From: Alphaproteobacteria bacterium | GTDB lineage: Bacteria; Pseudomonadota; Alphaproteobacteria; CALKHQ01 | Direction: 5' to 3' | NCBI GenBank assembly: GCA_965227515.1 | Contig: CBDDFZ010000001.1 | Span: 3,552,001 to 3,616,000 of the forward strand | Length of the DNA: 64,000 nt | Part shown: positions 1-9,494 of the stretch, in pieces | How positions within the stretch are numbered: the stretch's first letter is position 1 | Layout: each line of letters begins with the position of its first letter | The notes under the pieces: model-generated | What the model saw: the letters and a program-made list of their open reading frames with translations, nothing else | Told to the model about the DNA's origin: nothing | Database searches by the model: none | Translations under genes and position numbers: made by a program

Positions 1-1
1 C

Positions 2-466
2 GCCATAGTGGTCGTCCTGCGCCTGCTGGCTCATGGTGAACGGCCCCGGCACCGTCATCTTGACCATGCGGTCGGTGTGCGCCTTCAGGAATTTCAGGTC
101 ATCGACCTCCACCGGGTGCTTGCGCCGCACCTTGCCGACCACGCGCGGCACCGGGTTCGGGTGGCCTGAGCGGTCGAGCGCCGTGCCCGGATTGTCGATG
201 TCCACGCCCTCAAGCGCGGTGGCGAAGCGGTTGGAGTAGCTCTCTCGCCTGATCTCGCCATCAGTGACGATGTCGAGCCCCGCCTCCTCCTGCAGCTTGA
301 TGGCGGCAATGGTGGCGTCGTCCTGCGCCTCGGCCAGGTACTCTTCCGGGACGCGCCACAGCTCCTTGGCGCGGGTGCGCGGCGGGAAGCGGGCGGCGAG
401 CTTGGCGCGGTCGATCAGCCATTCCGGCTGGGCATAGCTGCCGACAAGGGAGGTAGGGAGAAGCAT
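2..466 (-). CDS. Cobalamin-independent methionine synthase II (MetE C-terminal-like) family Zn enzyme, 5' part only; runs off the window start
   Basis: Not in the ORF track. Manual translation from ATG at 466: MLLPTSLVGSYAQPEWLIDR...QEEAGLDIVTDGEIRRESYSNRF...VKMTVPGPFT, containing the VGSY, DGE.RR and PGP.T motifs of this family. Confidence 0.85.
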   Translation of the reverse strand, partial: MLLPTSLVGSYAQPEWLIDRAKLAARFPPRTRAKELWRVPEEYLAEAQDDATIAAIKLQEEAGLDIVTDGEIRRESYSNRFATALEGVDIDNPGTALDRSGHPNPVPRVVGKVRRKHPVEVDDLKFLKAHTDRMVKMTVPGPFTMSQQAQDDHYG

Positions 467-500
467 AGTGATTCCTTGGGTTGGGGCTCCTCACCCCAAT

Positions 501-619
501 GTCATGCCCGGGCCGGCCGAAGGCCGCGACCCGGGTATCCACGCGGTAGTTGCATGACGCCGGCTGAGCCAGAGAGCGTCATCGTTTGCGTGGATGCGCG
601 GATCAAGTCCGCGCATGAC
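501..619. repeat. REP doublet (family A, GTCATGCCCG...ATCCAC-spacer-GTGGATG...CATGAC)
   Basis: Two inverted palindromic arms with GTCA/TGAC ends; a related copy lies at 12107-12195. Confidence 0.8.
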
Positions 620-657
620 AATGAGGACGAGGGCATGACGACGGTGTCTTGGGCGGC

Positions 658-2190
658 CTACATCGCGAACAGGTCGTGGTCGACGCCGGCGGCCTGGAAG
701 ATGTAGTCGCGGCTGGCCTCCAACTCGGCGCGCAGCGCCGCGATGTCGACGTCCAACAGTTCGCCCTGCCACTTCTTCACCTGGCCGGCGACCATGACGG
801 TGTCGACATTGCTGCGCTCCATCAGCGTCACCACGGCGCCGGCGGCGTGGTTCAGCGGCGCGACGTTGATCGCCTCGGCATCGAGCAGCACGATGTCGGC
901 CGCCTTGCCCGGGGTCAGCGAGCCGGTGACGTTGTCCAGCTTCAGGCCGCGTGCGCCCTCGATGGTGGCGTGGTGCAGGGCATCGACCGGCTGCATCAGC
1001 GCCGGATAGTCCTCCGCCCCCGACAACGCCGCCTCGTTGACGAACATGCGCTGCAGGGTGATCAGGCTGCGCATCTGGGTGAACATATCGGCGGTCATGG
1101 TGCATTCCACGTCCGACGACAGCGACATGCTGACACCCATGTCGATGGCCTTCTGGATCGGCGGCGTGCCGTGGCGCATGTGCATCTCGATCGGCACCGC
1201 CAACGACACGTGCGCGCCAGCATCGGCGGCCGCCTGCCATCCGAAATCCGACATGTCGGTCATGTGAATGAAGATGTTGTCGGGCCCGAACATGCCGGCC
1301 TGGGCAAGCTCGTCGAACACCGGCTGCATGCCGAAGGTGTTGACGACATGGGCTGCAATCGGCAGGTCGAGCTCGCGGCCGATCCGCCACGCCTCCTCGT
1401 ACATCGGCAGGTAGATCTCGCCGCCCATCACCATGGTCAGAAGCTGGTCCGACGACGAGAAGTACTGCTCCTTCAGGCGGGCGGCATCGCCGGGATACTC
1501 CGCCTGCTCGCCCCACCCCTCGAAATAGCCGAACACCGCGCGGCGGCCGGTGTCGCGCAGGCCCTCCACCGCCGCATCGGAATGCGCCGCGCTGTGGTGG
1601 ATCTGGCTGACGTCCATCACCGTGGTCACGCCGGCGTCGAGCTGCGAGAGCCCGCCGAACAGCTCGTTGATGTAGACGTCCTCCGGCCGGTAGACCATGG
1701 AGAACTTCTGCAGGATGGTCTCGAAGTAGTTGTTGGCGTTCACCGGGCGGCCGTCGTTGACCAGAATGCCGTGGGCAAGCTGGCTGCGGAGCGCGGTCTC
1801 GAACTGATGGTGGTGGGTATCGATGAAGCCCGGAATCACGATCTTGCCATTGGCCTCGATGACCGCCGCCTCGGGTGCCTCGATGTTGGCGCCGACCTCG
1901 ACGATGGTGCCGCCCTCGACCAGCACGTCGCCGACGGCGAAATTGCCAACCTGATCGTCCATCGACATCACGACGCCGCCTTTGATCAGCACCTGGCGGC
2001 CCGGCTCGTTGATGCCGGTCGGCAGGGCGGCCTTGATGACCTCCGCACCGGCTGCCGCGCCGGGCTTGGCGATGCCGCCGGCGAGCAACGCACCACCGGC
2101 CGCGGCCGCCGTCAGCACGGTTCGCCGGCTGGCCCCGCCGTGCGCGTCGGTCGAATGCGACGTTCCTGAGGATTCACCGAGCTTGCACAT
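658..2190 (-). CDS. Metal-dependent amidohydrolase (TRZ/ATZ, deaminase-like) with Tat signal peptide
   Basis: PGFIDTHHH metal motif, LSSDVE, GSLTPGKAADIVLLD; N-terminal SRRTVL followed by a hydrophobic stretch. Confidence 0.85.
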   Translation of the reverse strand: MCKLGESSGTSHSTDAHGGASRRTVLTAAAAGGALLAGGIAKPGAAAGAEVIKAALPTGINEPGRQVLIKGGVVMSMDDQVGNFAVGDVLVEGGTIVEVGANIEAPEAAVIEANGKIVIPGFIDTHHHQFETALRSQLAHGILVNDGRPVNANNYFETILQKFSMVYRPEDVYINELFGGLSQLDAGVTTVMDVSQIHHSAAHSDAAVEGLRDTGRRAVFGYFEGWGEQAEYPGDAARLKEQYFSSSDQLLTMVMGGEIYLPMYEEAWRIGRELDLPIAAHVVNTFGMQPVFDELAQAGMFGPDNIFIHMTDMSDFGWQAAADAGAHVSLAVPIEMHMRHGTPPIQKAIDMGVSMSLSSDVECTMTADMFTQMRSLITLQRMFVNEAALSGAEDYPALMQPVDALHHATIEGARGLKLDNVTGSLTPGKAADIVLLDAEAINVAPLNHAAGAVVTLMERSNVDTVMVAGQVKKWQGELLDVDIAALRAELEASRDYIFQAAGVDHDLFAM

Positions 2191-2235
2191 ATCTTCCTCC
2201 CAAGAAGGTTTCGTTGCCTTGGTTCGTGTTGGCCG

Positions 2236-3039
2236 TCAGTTGCGCAGCACCGTGGCCAGGATCGGATAGCGGCCCATCTGGTGCGCGATGTGGGATGCCG
2301 TCACTCTCAGGTCCGGCAGGCGCTCGCACACAAGCTGCTCAGGCGTGACCATGCCGGTGTAGCCGGAGCTGTTGAGCGAGGCGATGGTGTGCCCGTCGGG
2401 GTCGCGCACCGGCACCGCGAGCGCCGTGATGCCGTAGTCGAGCTGGTCGACGGTGGTGGCATAGCCTTCCGCGCGCACTTTCATAAGTTCCGCCCGCAAC
2501 GCCTTCTTATCTATGCAGGTTTTCACCGTCAGCGCTTGTGGCTCCAGGCTATCCAGCCAATCGTCCAGGTCGGCATCGTCCATCGCCGCGACCAGAATGC
2601 GCCCCATCGAGGTGGCGAACGCGGGATAGCGCGCGCCGACCACGGCGGCGGCACGGCGGGCACGCTGTTGTGAGTAATGGGCGATGTAGATGACGTGATG
2701 GCCGTCCAGGGTCGCCACGGAGGACGCATCCCCGAAGCGCTCGACGACCCCGCGCAGATCCGGCTGCAGTACCTCGTCGATGCGGGCGGAGAAGTAGAAG
2801 GCCGAGCTCAGCGCCATGATCTTCGGGCGCAGGTGGAAGCGCTTGCCCTCCTGCCCCACGTAGCCCAGCGCCTTCAGCGTGATCAGGCTGCGGCGGGCGG
2901 CGGCGGGCGACAGGCCGACGCGGCGGGCAACCTCGCTCAGCGTCATATCCGGATGCCCGTCATCGAAGCACTCCAGGATCGCCAGCCCCTTGGCCAATGC
3001 CTCGACGAACTCGGCCGGTTTGTCGCCGTCGACCCCCAC
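2236..3039 (-). CDS. IclR-family regulator (PcaR/PobR-like)
   Basis: FVEALAKGLAILECF...MTLSEVARRVGLSPAAARRSLITL HTH; PAFATSMGR; DQLDYGITALAVPV. Confidence 0.92.
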   Translation of the reverse strand: MGVDGDKPAEFVEALAKGLAILECFDDGHPDMTLSEVARRVGLSPAAARRSLITLKALGYVGQEGKRFHLRPKIMALSSAFYFSARIDEVLQPDLRGVVERFGDASSVATLDGHHVIYIAHYSQQRARRAAAVVGARYPAFATSMGRILVAAMDDADLDDWLDSLEPQALTVKTCIDKKALRAELMKVRAEGYATTVDQLDYGITALAVPVRDPDGHTIASLNSSGYTGMVTPEQLVCERLPDLRVTASHIAHQMGRYPILATVLRN

Positions 3040-3044
3040 GGGCC

Positions 3045-3908
3045 TCAGCCCTCGGGCGCCAGCACGAAATCGAACTCCAGCATCGCGTCCGGCTTGACCG
3101 CCAAGTCGAAGCCCAAGTCGTCTACGTTCTTGGCCGGCTTCACCTTGGCAATCAGAGACTTGCGCACGCCGAACACGGCGTCGTTGTCCAGGTACTCGGT
3201 GCTGTCGAAGAACACTTCGGTGGTGATGGCGCGCTTGCCGGGCGCGCTGACGATGTAGTGCAGGTGCGCGGCCCGCCAGGCGTGGCGGTTGCCGGCGCGC
3301 AGCAGGTTCCCGACAGGGCCGTCATAGGGCACGGTGTAGGGCTTCGGCAGCACCGTGGTGTAGTAATAGCGGCCCTGGTCGTCGCAGGTGAACTTCCCGC
3401 GCAGGTCGTACTTGTCCTGCCCCTTCTCCTGCTCCTGGATCGGATAGGTGCCGGAACCGTCAGCCTGCCAGGTGTCGACCAGCGCCCCCGGCAGCGGATT
3501 ATGCAGGGTGTCGGTGACCTGGCCGTGGACCAGCACGCTGGCACCGTCGCGACCGTCGGCAAGGTCCGTGCCCAGGGCATAGGGCTGGGCATCGCTCAGA
3601 TAGAACGGCCCCAGATTGGAGCCCTCGGTCGCACCGCCACGGGTGTTGATCATGTCGACCAGTGCCGAGAACCCCAGCACGTCCGACAGCAGGATGAACT
3701 CGTGCCGCTCCGGGGTCGAGATCTGCCCGCAGTCGTACAGGAAGTTCAGGATCCCGATCCATTCCTCGTGGTTCAGATTGTGCTCGCGGGTGAAGTCGTG
3801 CAGGTGGTCGATCAAGCCGTGCAGCAATTGCTCGAACCGACTGCCAGGTTCCGTCTTGAACGTGTCTTTGACGGCCTGAGTAACCGAATACTGGTTGATG
3901 TCGCGCAT
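3045..3908 (-). CDS. Intradiol ring-cleavage dioxygenase (hydroxyquinol/catechol 1,2-dioxygenase family)
   Basis: Start re-called at MRDINQY (3908). Contains HEFILLSDVLG, GPFY, DTWQADGSGTY, PYTVPYDGP and WRAAHLH with the Fe ligands, plus DAVFGVR. Confidence 0.92.
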   Translation of the reverse strand: MRDINQYSVTQAVKDTFKTEPGSRFEQLLHGLIDHLHDFTREHNLNHEEWIGILNFLYDCGQISTPERHEFILLSDVLGFSALVDMINTRGGATEGSNLGPFYLSDAQPYALGTDLADGRDGASVLVHGQVTDTLHNPLPGALVDTWQADGSGTYPIQEQEKGQDKYDLRGKFTCDDQGRYYYTTVLPKPYTVPYDGPVGNLLRAGNRHAWRAAHLHYIVSAPGKRAITTEVFFDSTEYLDNDAVFGVRKSLIAKVKPAKNVDDLGFDLAVKPDAMLEFDFVLAPEG

Positions 3909-3964
3909 CTCGTCCTCCCGCGCCTGGCACTGTGCTTGTTCTTCGTATGTCGCCAGAATCTGCC

Positions 3965-4026
3965 TTGACTCAACGGTAAACCGGCGCCTACTCTTCGGCA
4001 AGAGAAAAACATTTCGCAATGCGAAA
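3965..4026 (+). promoter_or_regulatory. Putative sigma70 promoter plus IclR-type operator
   Basis: TTGACT (3965) - 18 bp - TACTCT (3989), then the palindrome TTTCGCA-A-TGCGAAA at 4012-4026, in the divergent gap beside the IclR-containing operon. Confidence 0.6.
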
Positions 4027-4055
4027 ACATGCTTGCGAACGATTGGGGAGGCCGA

Positions 4056-4868
4056 ATGCGGATCGGGAAGCAGGATCAAGCCTTCACCGCCATCGCGACA
4101 TCCGATGCCGAGAGCATCACGGTGCGCGGGCAGGACCTGTGCCGCGACCTGATCGGCAAGATCGATTTCACCGACTATTTCTGGCTGCTGGTCCTGGGCG
4201 AGCGCCCCACCGAACCGCAGCGCAAGATGATGGATGCCTGCCTGGTCGCGATTGCCGAGCACGGGTTGGTGCCGTCGGTGCAGGCGGCCCGCATGACGCT
4301 CGCCGCGGGACCGGACGCCTGGCAGGGCGCGATGGCCGCCGGCCTGCTCGGCATGGGCAGCGTTGTCGCCGGCAGTTCGGAGGCGGCCGCCCTCTTCCTG
4401 CATGAGGTGATGGAAAAGGCGAAGGCCGACGGCACCGATATCGAGGCCGCCGCCATCGGCAGCCTGAACGACCTGAAGGCGGCGAGGAAGAAGGTGCCGG
4501 GGCTTGGCCACCCGCAGCACAATGCGGGCGACCCGCGGGCCAACCGCCTGCTCGCCATCGCCGACGAGCTTGGCGTCTCCGGCGACCATGTCGGCACTCT
4601 GCGCACCCTGGCCGAGCACGCACCCGGCATCATCAACCGGCCGCTGCCGATCAATGTTTCCGGCGCGATTCCGGCGGTGATCCTGGACGCCGGCTGGCCG
4701 TTGCAGGCGATCAAGGCGGTGCCGCTGCTGGCCCGCGCGGCCGGCCTGTCCGCCCACCTCTACGAGGAGAGCCTGCGCTCCATCGGCTTCATCATGTCCC
4801 ACAAGGCCGACCTCGCCATCGACTATGACGGCAAGGCGTCCGAGAACCCCAAAGAAGCCGCGGAGTAG
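4056..4868 (+). CDS. Citryl-CoA lyase / citrate synthase-like protein
   Basis: ITVRGQDLCRDLIGK, AEHGL, VPGLGHPQH..GDPR, LPINVSGA, RAAGLSAH; GGAGG RBS before ATG 4056. Confidence 0.85.
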   Translation: MRIGKQDQAFTAIATSDAESITVRGQDLCRDLIGKIDFTDYFWLLVLGERPTEPQRKMMDACLVAIAEHGLVPSVQAARMTLAAGPDAWQGAMAAGLLGMGSVVAGSSEAAALFLHEVMEKAKADGTDIEAAAIGSLNDLKAARKKVPGLGHPQHNAGDPRANRLLAIADELGVSGDHVGTLRTLAEHAPGIINRPLPINVSGAIPAVILDAGWPLQAIKAVPLLARAAGLSAHLYEESLRSIGFIMSHKADLAIDYDGKASENPKEAAE

Positions 4869-4876
4869 CTGGCGAG

Positions 4877-6022
4877 ATGGTCAAGATCCTGAAGGACGTT
4901 CGCGTCATCGAGCTCAGCACCTACATCACCGGCCCCGCCGCCGGCATGCACCTAGCCGACCTGGGCGCCGACGTGATCAAGGTGGAGCGGCCCGGCACCG
5001 GCGATCCGTTCCGCGCGTTCAAGGGCGGGCTCTACTCGCCGCACTACCAAACCTACAACCGCAACAAGCGCTCCATCGCGCTCGACACCAAGGACCCGGC
5101 GGACCTGGCGGTGCTGCACGACCTGGTCGCCGGCGCCGATGTGTTCCTGCAGAACTTCCGGCCCGGCGTGGCGGAGAAGCTGGGCGCCGGGGAGGACGAC
5201 CTGCGCAAGGTGCGGCCCGATCTGATCTATTGCGCGATTTCCGGCTTCGGCCAGTCCGGCCCGTCGCGCGACCGCCCCTCCTACGACACGGTGGCGCAGG
5301 CGGCGAGCGGCTATCTGCGCCTTTTGATCCCGCCGGAGAAGCCGCGCGTCATCGGCCCGGCCATCGCCGATGCCGTGACCGGCCAGTACGCCGCACTCGC
5401 CATCCTGGCCGCCCTTTTGGAGCGCAGCAAGACCGGCAAAGGCCGGCGCATCGACATCTCGATGCTGGAGGCGATGTGCCACTTCAACCTGGACAGCTTC
5501 ACCCACTACTACTCCGTGGGCGAAGTGATGGGCCCGCTGTCGCGCCCGGTCGTCTCCCAGTCCTATGCGTTCGAGTGCGGAGACGGCCGGTGGATCGCCA
5601 TCCACATGTCCTCGCCGACCAAGTTCTGGGAGGGGCTGCTGGAAGCGACCGACCAATGGCCCCTGAACGACGACCCGCGGTTCAACGAGCGGCTGGAGCG
5701 GATCAAGCACCAGGACGCCCTGATCGAGCACTTCACGCCGGTGTTCAAGACCGACACCCGCGACGCCTGGTGTGCCAAGCTGCTGGCGGCCGGGGTGCCG
5801 CACTCCCCCGCCTACGACAGCAACGAGGCGCTGGAGGACCCACAGGCCCAGCACCTGAACATCAAGATCTCGGCGCCGCACGCCGAGATGGGCACCTTCA
5901 CCACGGTTCGCCCGCCCTATAACTTCGATGGCGCGCCCGAGCTGGACGTGCTGCCACCGCCGACGCTGGACGAACACGGCGCGGAAATCCGCGAGGAGCT
6001 CAAGCGCAAGAAGGCCGGCTAG
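4877..6022 (+). CDS. Family III (CaiB/BaiF) CoA transferase
   Basis: LADLGADVIKVERPGTGD, NRNKRSIALD, NFRPG, ISGFGQSGP, IAD catalytic Asp, PPTLDEHG. Confidence 0.93.
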   Translation: MVKILKDVRVIELSTYITGPAAGMHLADLGADVIKVERPGTGDPFRAFKGGLYSPHYQTYNRNKRSIALDTKDPADLAVLHDLVAGADVFLQNFRPGVAEKLGAGEDDLRKVRPDLIYCAISGFGQSGPSRDRPSYDTVAQAASGYLRLLIPPEKPRVIGPAIADAVTGQYAALAILAALLERSKTGKGRRIDISMLEAMCHFNLDSFTHYYSVGEVMGPLSRPVVSQSYAFECGDGRWIAIHMSSPTKFWEGLLEATDQWPLNDDPRFNERLERIKHQDALIEHFTPVFKTDTRDAWCAKLLAAGVPHSPAYDSNEALEDPQAQHLNIKISAPHAEMGTFTTVRPPYNFDGAPELDVLPPPTLDEHGAEIREELKRKKAG

Positions 6023-6062
6023 AACCCGGCACCGGGGGGAGGAAAACGATGAGACAGGCAAC

Positions 6063-6467
6063 ATGAGCAGCGACGACAACCCGACGTCGGTACCCGCCGC
6101 CGCCGTGCTGGAAGCCAGCAAGGAGATGCTGCAGAAGCAGCTCTACGCCATCTTCACGTCGCCGACGAACGGGCTGGGCCCGGTGTTCGCCAACATCGAG
6201 GCGCACCTGAATTTCCAGGTCCAGTTGGAGAAGGACGGCATCATGTTCGCCGCCGGACCGCTGTGGACCGACGACGAGCAGAGCTGGGAAGGCGAAGGCA
6301 TGGTCATCGTGCGCGCCGCCTCACGGGCCGACGCCATCGCCATCGCCGAGCGCGATCCGATGCACACGAGCGGGGCGCGGACGTTCACGGTCCGGCCCTG
6401 GCTGGTCAACGAGGGCACCGTCACGGTGCGCCTGGACTACTCTTCGCAGCAATTCACCATTCAATAA
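6063..6467 (+). CDS. YciI-family protein
   Basis: AHL...AAGPL...GMVIVRAAS...AERDPMH...VRPWLVNEG, with the YciI His and Asp-Pro motifs. Confidence 0.85.
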   Translation: MSSDDNPTSVPAAAVLEASKEMLQKQLYAIFTSPTNGLGPVFANIEAHLNFQVQLEKDGIMFAAGPLWTDDEQSWEGEGMVIVRAASRADAIAIAERDPMHTSGARTFTVRPWLVNEGTVTVRLDYSSQQFTIQ

Positions 6468-6498
6468 AATCAGGCAACGAACCTAGGGAGGAGTTCTC

Positions 6499-7578
6499 AT
6501 GAAATTGCTGGTTGGTGCCGTTACGGCCGCAACCTGCGCGCTACCCGTATCGGCGTGGGCGCAGGAAACGATCAACCTGACCGTGGCATCCAGCCACCCC
6601 ACGGTGGTGCCCTGGGTCGGCATGATCCAGACCCACTTCATGGCGCGGACCGACGAGATCCTCGCCGAATCCGGCAACTACGTGATCGAGTGGAACGAGG
6701 CCTTCGGCGGCCAGCTCTACCGCGCCAACGCCACCCTGACCTCGGTCGAGGAAGGCATCACCGATATCGGCTGGGTGTTCTCGTTCCTGGAGGCGGCCAA
6801 GCTGCCGTTGAGCCAGGTGTCGTCGAACGCGCCCTTCTCCACCGCCAATCCGCCGGTGCTGCTGGACGTGATGGAGGAGTTGCTGGAGACCAACGAGGCG
6901 TTCCTGGAGGAGTGGGAGAGCCATAATCTGAAGGTCCTGGGCCTGACCGCCACCGACCTATACGACATCTACCTGAAGGAGCCGATTGACGGCATCGCCG
7001 GCATCGACGGCCTGAAGCTGTCGGCCCCCGGCGTGCTCGGCAACTGGCTGCGCGGCACCGGCGCCAATGCCGTCGACGGCGCGCTGACCACGTTTTACAC
7101 CGACATCCAGACCGGCGTGTCCGACGGCGTGCTGACCCTGGCCTTGGGCGCACTGCCGATCAAGCTCTACGAGGTGGCGCCCTACATCCACCGCTTCGAT
7201 GCGGGCGCGGCATTCTCCGGTGCGGTCGCCATCAACCGCGACACCTGGGACGGCCTGCCCGAGGAAGTGCAGAACGCCATGATCGAGGCCGGCAAGTACT
7301 ACACCGAATCCCACGGCCAGGACCTTGTCGAGCGGCACGAGTTCGCCCTCAACAAGATGGTCGAGTTGGGCGCCGAGCAGGACCCGCCAGTGACCATCAT
7401 CGTGATGCCGGCCGAGGAGCGCCAGGCCTGGGTCGACTCCTTGCCGAACCTGGGGGCCGAGTGGGCCGCCCCGCTGGAGGAGCGTGGCCTGCCGGCGCTC
7501 GACTTCATGCGCGCTTATATGGACGGCCTGCGTGCCCATGGCGAGGAGCCGGTGCGCGCCTGGGACGAGGAACTCTGA
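6499..7578 (+). CDS. TRAP transporter substrate-binding protein (DctP family)
   Basis: Sec signal ending AWA; FGGQL, DIQTGVSDG, LYEVA, INRDTWDGLPEEVQ. Confidence 0.9.
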   Translation: MKLLVGAVTAATCALPVSAWAQETINLTVASSHPTVVPWVGMIQTHFMARTDEILAESGNYVIEWNEAFGGQLYRANATLTSVEEGITDIGWVFSFLEAAKLPLSQVSSNAPFSTANPPVLLDVMEELLETNEAFLEEWESHNLKVLGLTATDLYDIYLKEPIDGIAGIDGLKLSAPGVLGNWLRGTGANAVDGALTTFYTDIQTGVSDGVLTLALGALPIKLYEVAPYIHRFDAGAAFSGAVAINRDTWDGLPEEVQNAMIEAGKYYTESHGQDLVERHEFALNKMVELGAEQDPPVTIIVMPAEERQAWVDSLPNLGAEWAAPLEERGLPALDFMRAYMDGLRAHGEEPVRAWDEEL

Positions 7579-7597
7579 TCACGCACGCCTTCGCGTC

Positions 7598-8173
7598 GTG
7601 ACCGATCTCCACGATACGGGTGGCGCCCCGCCTCAGGGGCGCCACCTGCCGCTTCCCATGCGGCTGTGGCACGGCGTCGTCGAGAGCCTGGCGGCACTCG
7701 GCACGGCGCTGATCGTCGGCCTGATGCTGATCATCTGCGCCGACATCGTGGCGCGAAACCTGTTGGGGGCGTCGCTGCCCCTGGTCTCCGAACTCGGTGC
7801 GTTGCTGCTGGTGATGATCGTCGCCCTGCAACTCGCCGCGGCCGTGCGCGCCGACCGCCTGGCACGCACGGAAATCTTCTTCCGGCCGTTCACCCGCAAG
7901 CATCCCAGGGCCGGCGGCGTGCTGGCCGCCCTGTTCAACCTGGCTGGTGCCGCGATGGTCGGCGGCATGGCGTGGGCCACCGTCGGCACGCTGGTGAAAG
8001 ACTGGGGTTCCGACGAGTTCATCGGCACGCCAGGTCTCGGCACCCTGCCGACATGGCCGTTCCGGGCGCTGATCTTGCTTGGGCTCGCGGTTGCCGCCAT
8101 CGAGTTCGTGGTGCGCAGCGTGCAGGCCGTGCGCACGACCGTCGCGGACACCGGTCCAGAGCCAGGACCGTGA
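7598..8173 (+). CDS. TRAP small permease (DctQ)
   Basis: Four hydrophobic segments, DIVAR motif, position between DctP and DctM; GTG start uncertain. Confidence 0.85.
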   Translation: MTDLHDTGGAPPQGRHLPLPMRLWHGVVESLAALGTALIVGLMLIICADIVARNLLGASLPLVSELGALLLVMIVALQLAAAVRADRLARTEIFFRPFTRKHPRAGGVLAALFNLAGAAMVGGMAWATVGTLVKDWGSDEFIGTPGLGTLPTWPFRALILLGLAVAAIEFVVRSVQAVRTTVADTGPEPGP

Positions 8174-9483
8174 GCCCACTCGAAATCGGGCTGGTTGCGA
8201 TCGCCGCTCTGCTGTTCCTGATCTATCTGGGACTGCCGATCGGCATCGGCATGCTCGTGGTCTCGTTCGTTGGCGTGTCTTTCATCCGCAACGACGCGGT
8301 CGCGATGAACATGCTGGGCGCCGTCGCCAACGACAGCCTGGAGGAATACCTGTTCGCGGTGGTGCCCCTGTTCGTGCTGATGGGGCTGCTGGTCACCGTT
8401 TCCAATGTCGGCAAGGACACGTTCGATGTGTTCGAGCGGCTGCTCAGGCGCATCACCGCCGGCCTGGGCATGGCGACCGTGTTCGCCAACGCCGTGTTCG
8501 CGTCCATCACCGGCATTTCCATCGCGTCCGCGACCGTGTTCAGCCGGGTCGCGGTGCCGGAGATGACCCGCCACGGCTATTCCAAGAAGTTCGCCACCGG
8601 CGTGGTTGCCGGCTCGTCCGTCCTCGGCATGCTGATCCCGCCATCGCTGCTGATGATCGTTTATGCCGTGCTGGCCGAGGAATCGGTGGGGCGCATGTTT
8701 CTGGCCGGCGTCGGGCCGGGCCTGCTGCTCGCCATCGCCTTCTCAGGCACCATCCTGCTGATGGCGTGGCGACGGCCGTCCATGGTGTTCGACACCAAGA
8801 ACGACACCGAAGGCTACGAACACTTCACCGCGCTTCAGATGATGTGGAAGGCGGTGCCGATCCTGGCGCTCATGCTGCTGGTGCTGGGCGGGCTCTACGG
8901 CGGGTTCCTGAACCCGACCGAGGCTGGCGCCGCCGGTGCATTCGGCGCCCTGGTCATCGCGTTGCTGCGCAAATCGTTGTCGCGGACACGGTTCTGGAAG
9001 CTGCTGGTCGAGACCGGACAGATCACGGTCTCGGTGTTGTTTCTGATCCTGTCCGCCACCCTGTTCTCGCGCATGCTGGCACTGTCCGGCGTGCCGCACG
9101 AACTGGCCACCATCTTTCTGGAAAGCCCGATCGGCCCGTATGGGTTCCTGATCGTCTACCTGCTGCTGATCATCGCGCTCGGCTGCCTGATCGACTCGAT
9201 TTCGATCATGCTGATCGTGCTGCCGATTGCCTTGCCGGTGGCCGAGCAGGCGCACTTCGACCTGATCTGGTTCGGCGTGCTCACCGTCGTGGCGGTCGAG
9301 ATGGGGCTGCTGACACCACCTTTCGGGCTGTCGGTCTACACCATCAAGTCCGCGATCAACGATCCCGACCTCAAGGTCGGCGACATCTTCCGTGGCGCCC
9401 TGCCCTTCGTCTTTGCCATGCTGGTGTCGCTCGCCATTCTGGTCGCGGCGCCGGCGATCTCCACCTGGCTTGCTTACTTATGA
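8170..9483 (+). CDS. TRAP large permease (DctM)
   Basis: AVVPLFVLMG, LGMLIPPS, PTEAGA, GLLTPPFG; GTG start overlaps the DctQ stop (GTGA). Confidence 0.93.
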   Translation: MSPLEIGLVAIAALLFLIYLGLPIGIGMLVVSFVGVSFIRNDAVAMNMLGAVANDSLEEYLFAVVPLFVLMGLLVTVSNVGKDTFDVFERLLRRITAGLGMATVFANAVFASITGISIASATVFSRVAVPEMTRHGYSKKFATGVVAGSSVLGMLIPPSLLMIVYAVLAEESVGRMFLAGVGPGLLLAIAFSGTILLMAWRRPSMVFDTKNDTEGYEHFTALQMMWKAVPILALMLLVLGGLYGGFLNPTEAGAAGAFGALVIALLRKSLSRTRFWKLLVETGQITVSVLFLILSATLFSRMLALSGVPHELATIFLESPIGPYGFLIVYLLLIIALGCLIDSISIMLIVLPIALPVAEQAHFDLIWFGVLTVVAVEMGLLTPPFGLSVYTIKSAINDPDLKVGDIFRGALPFVFAMLVSLAILVAAPAISTWLAYL

Positions 9484-9494
9484 CCGGAGCACAC

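Noticed and set aside
649-2169. Long antisense and alternate-frame ORFs throughout the window (e.g. 649-2169+, 14915-16738+, 52196-54223+, 53995-56046+, 58393-60498-)
   Set aside because: Shadow ORFs expected in high-GC DNA; they overlap well-supported genes and carry no family motifs.
3909-4802. Long N-terminal extension of the dioxygenase ORF (similar extensions on DctM, FMN reductase, TreY, LysR and the permeases)
   Set aside because: The extensions overlap neighbouring genes; internal starts with an RBS or stop-start coupling fit family lengths.
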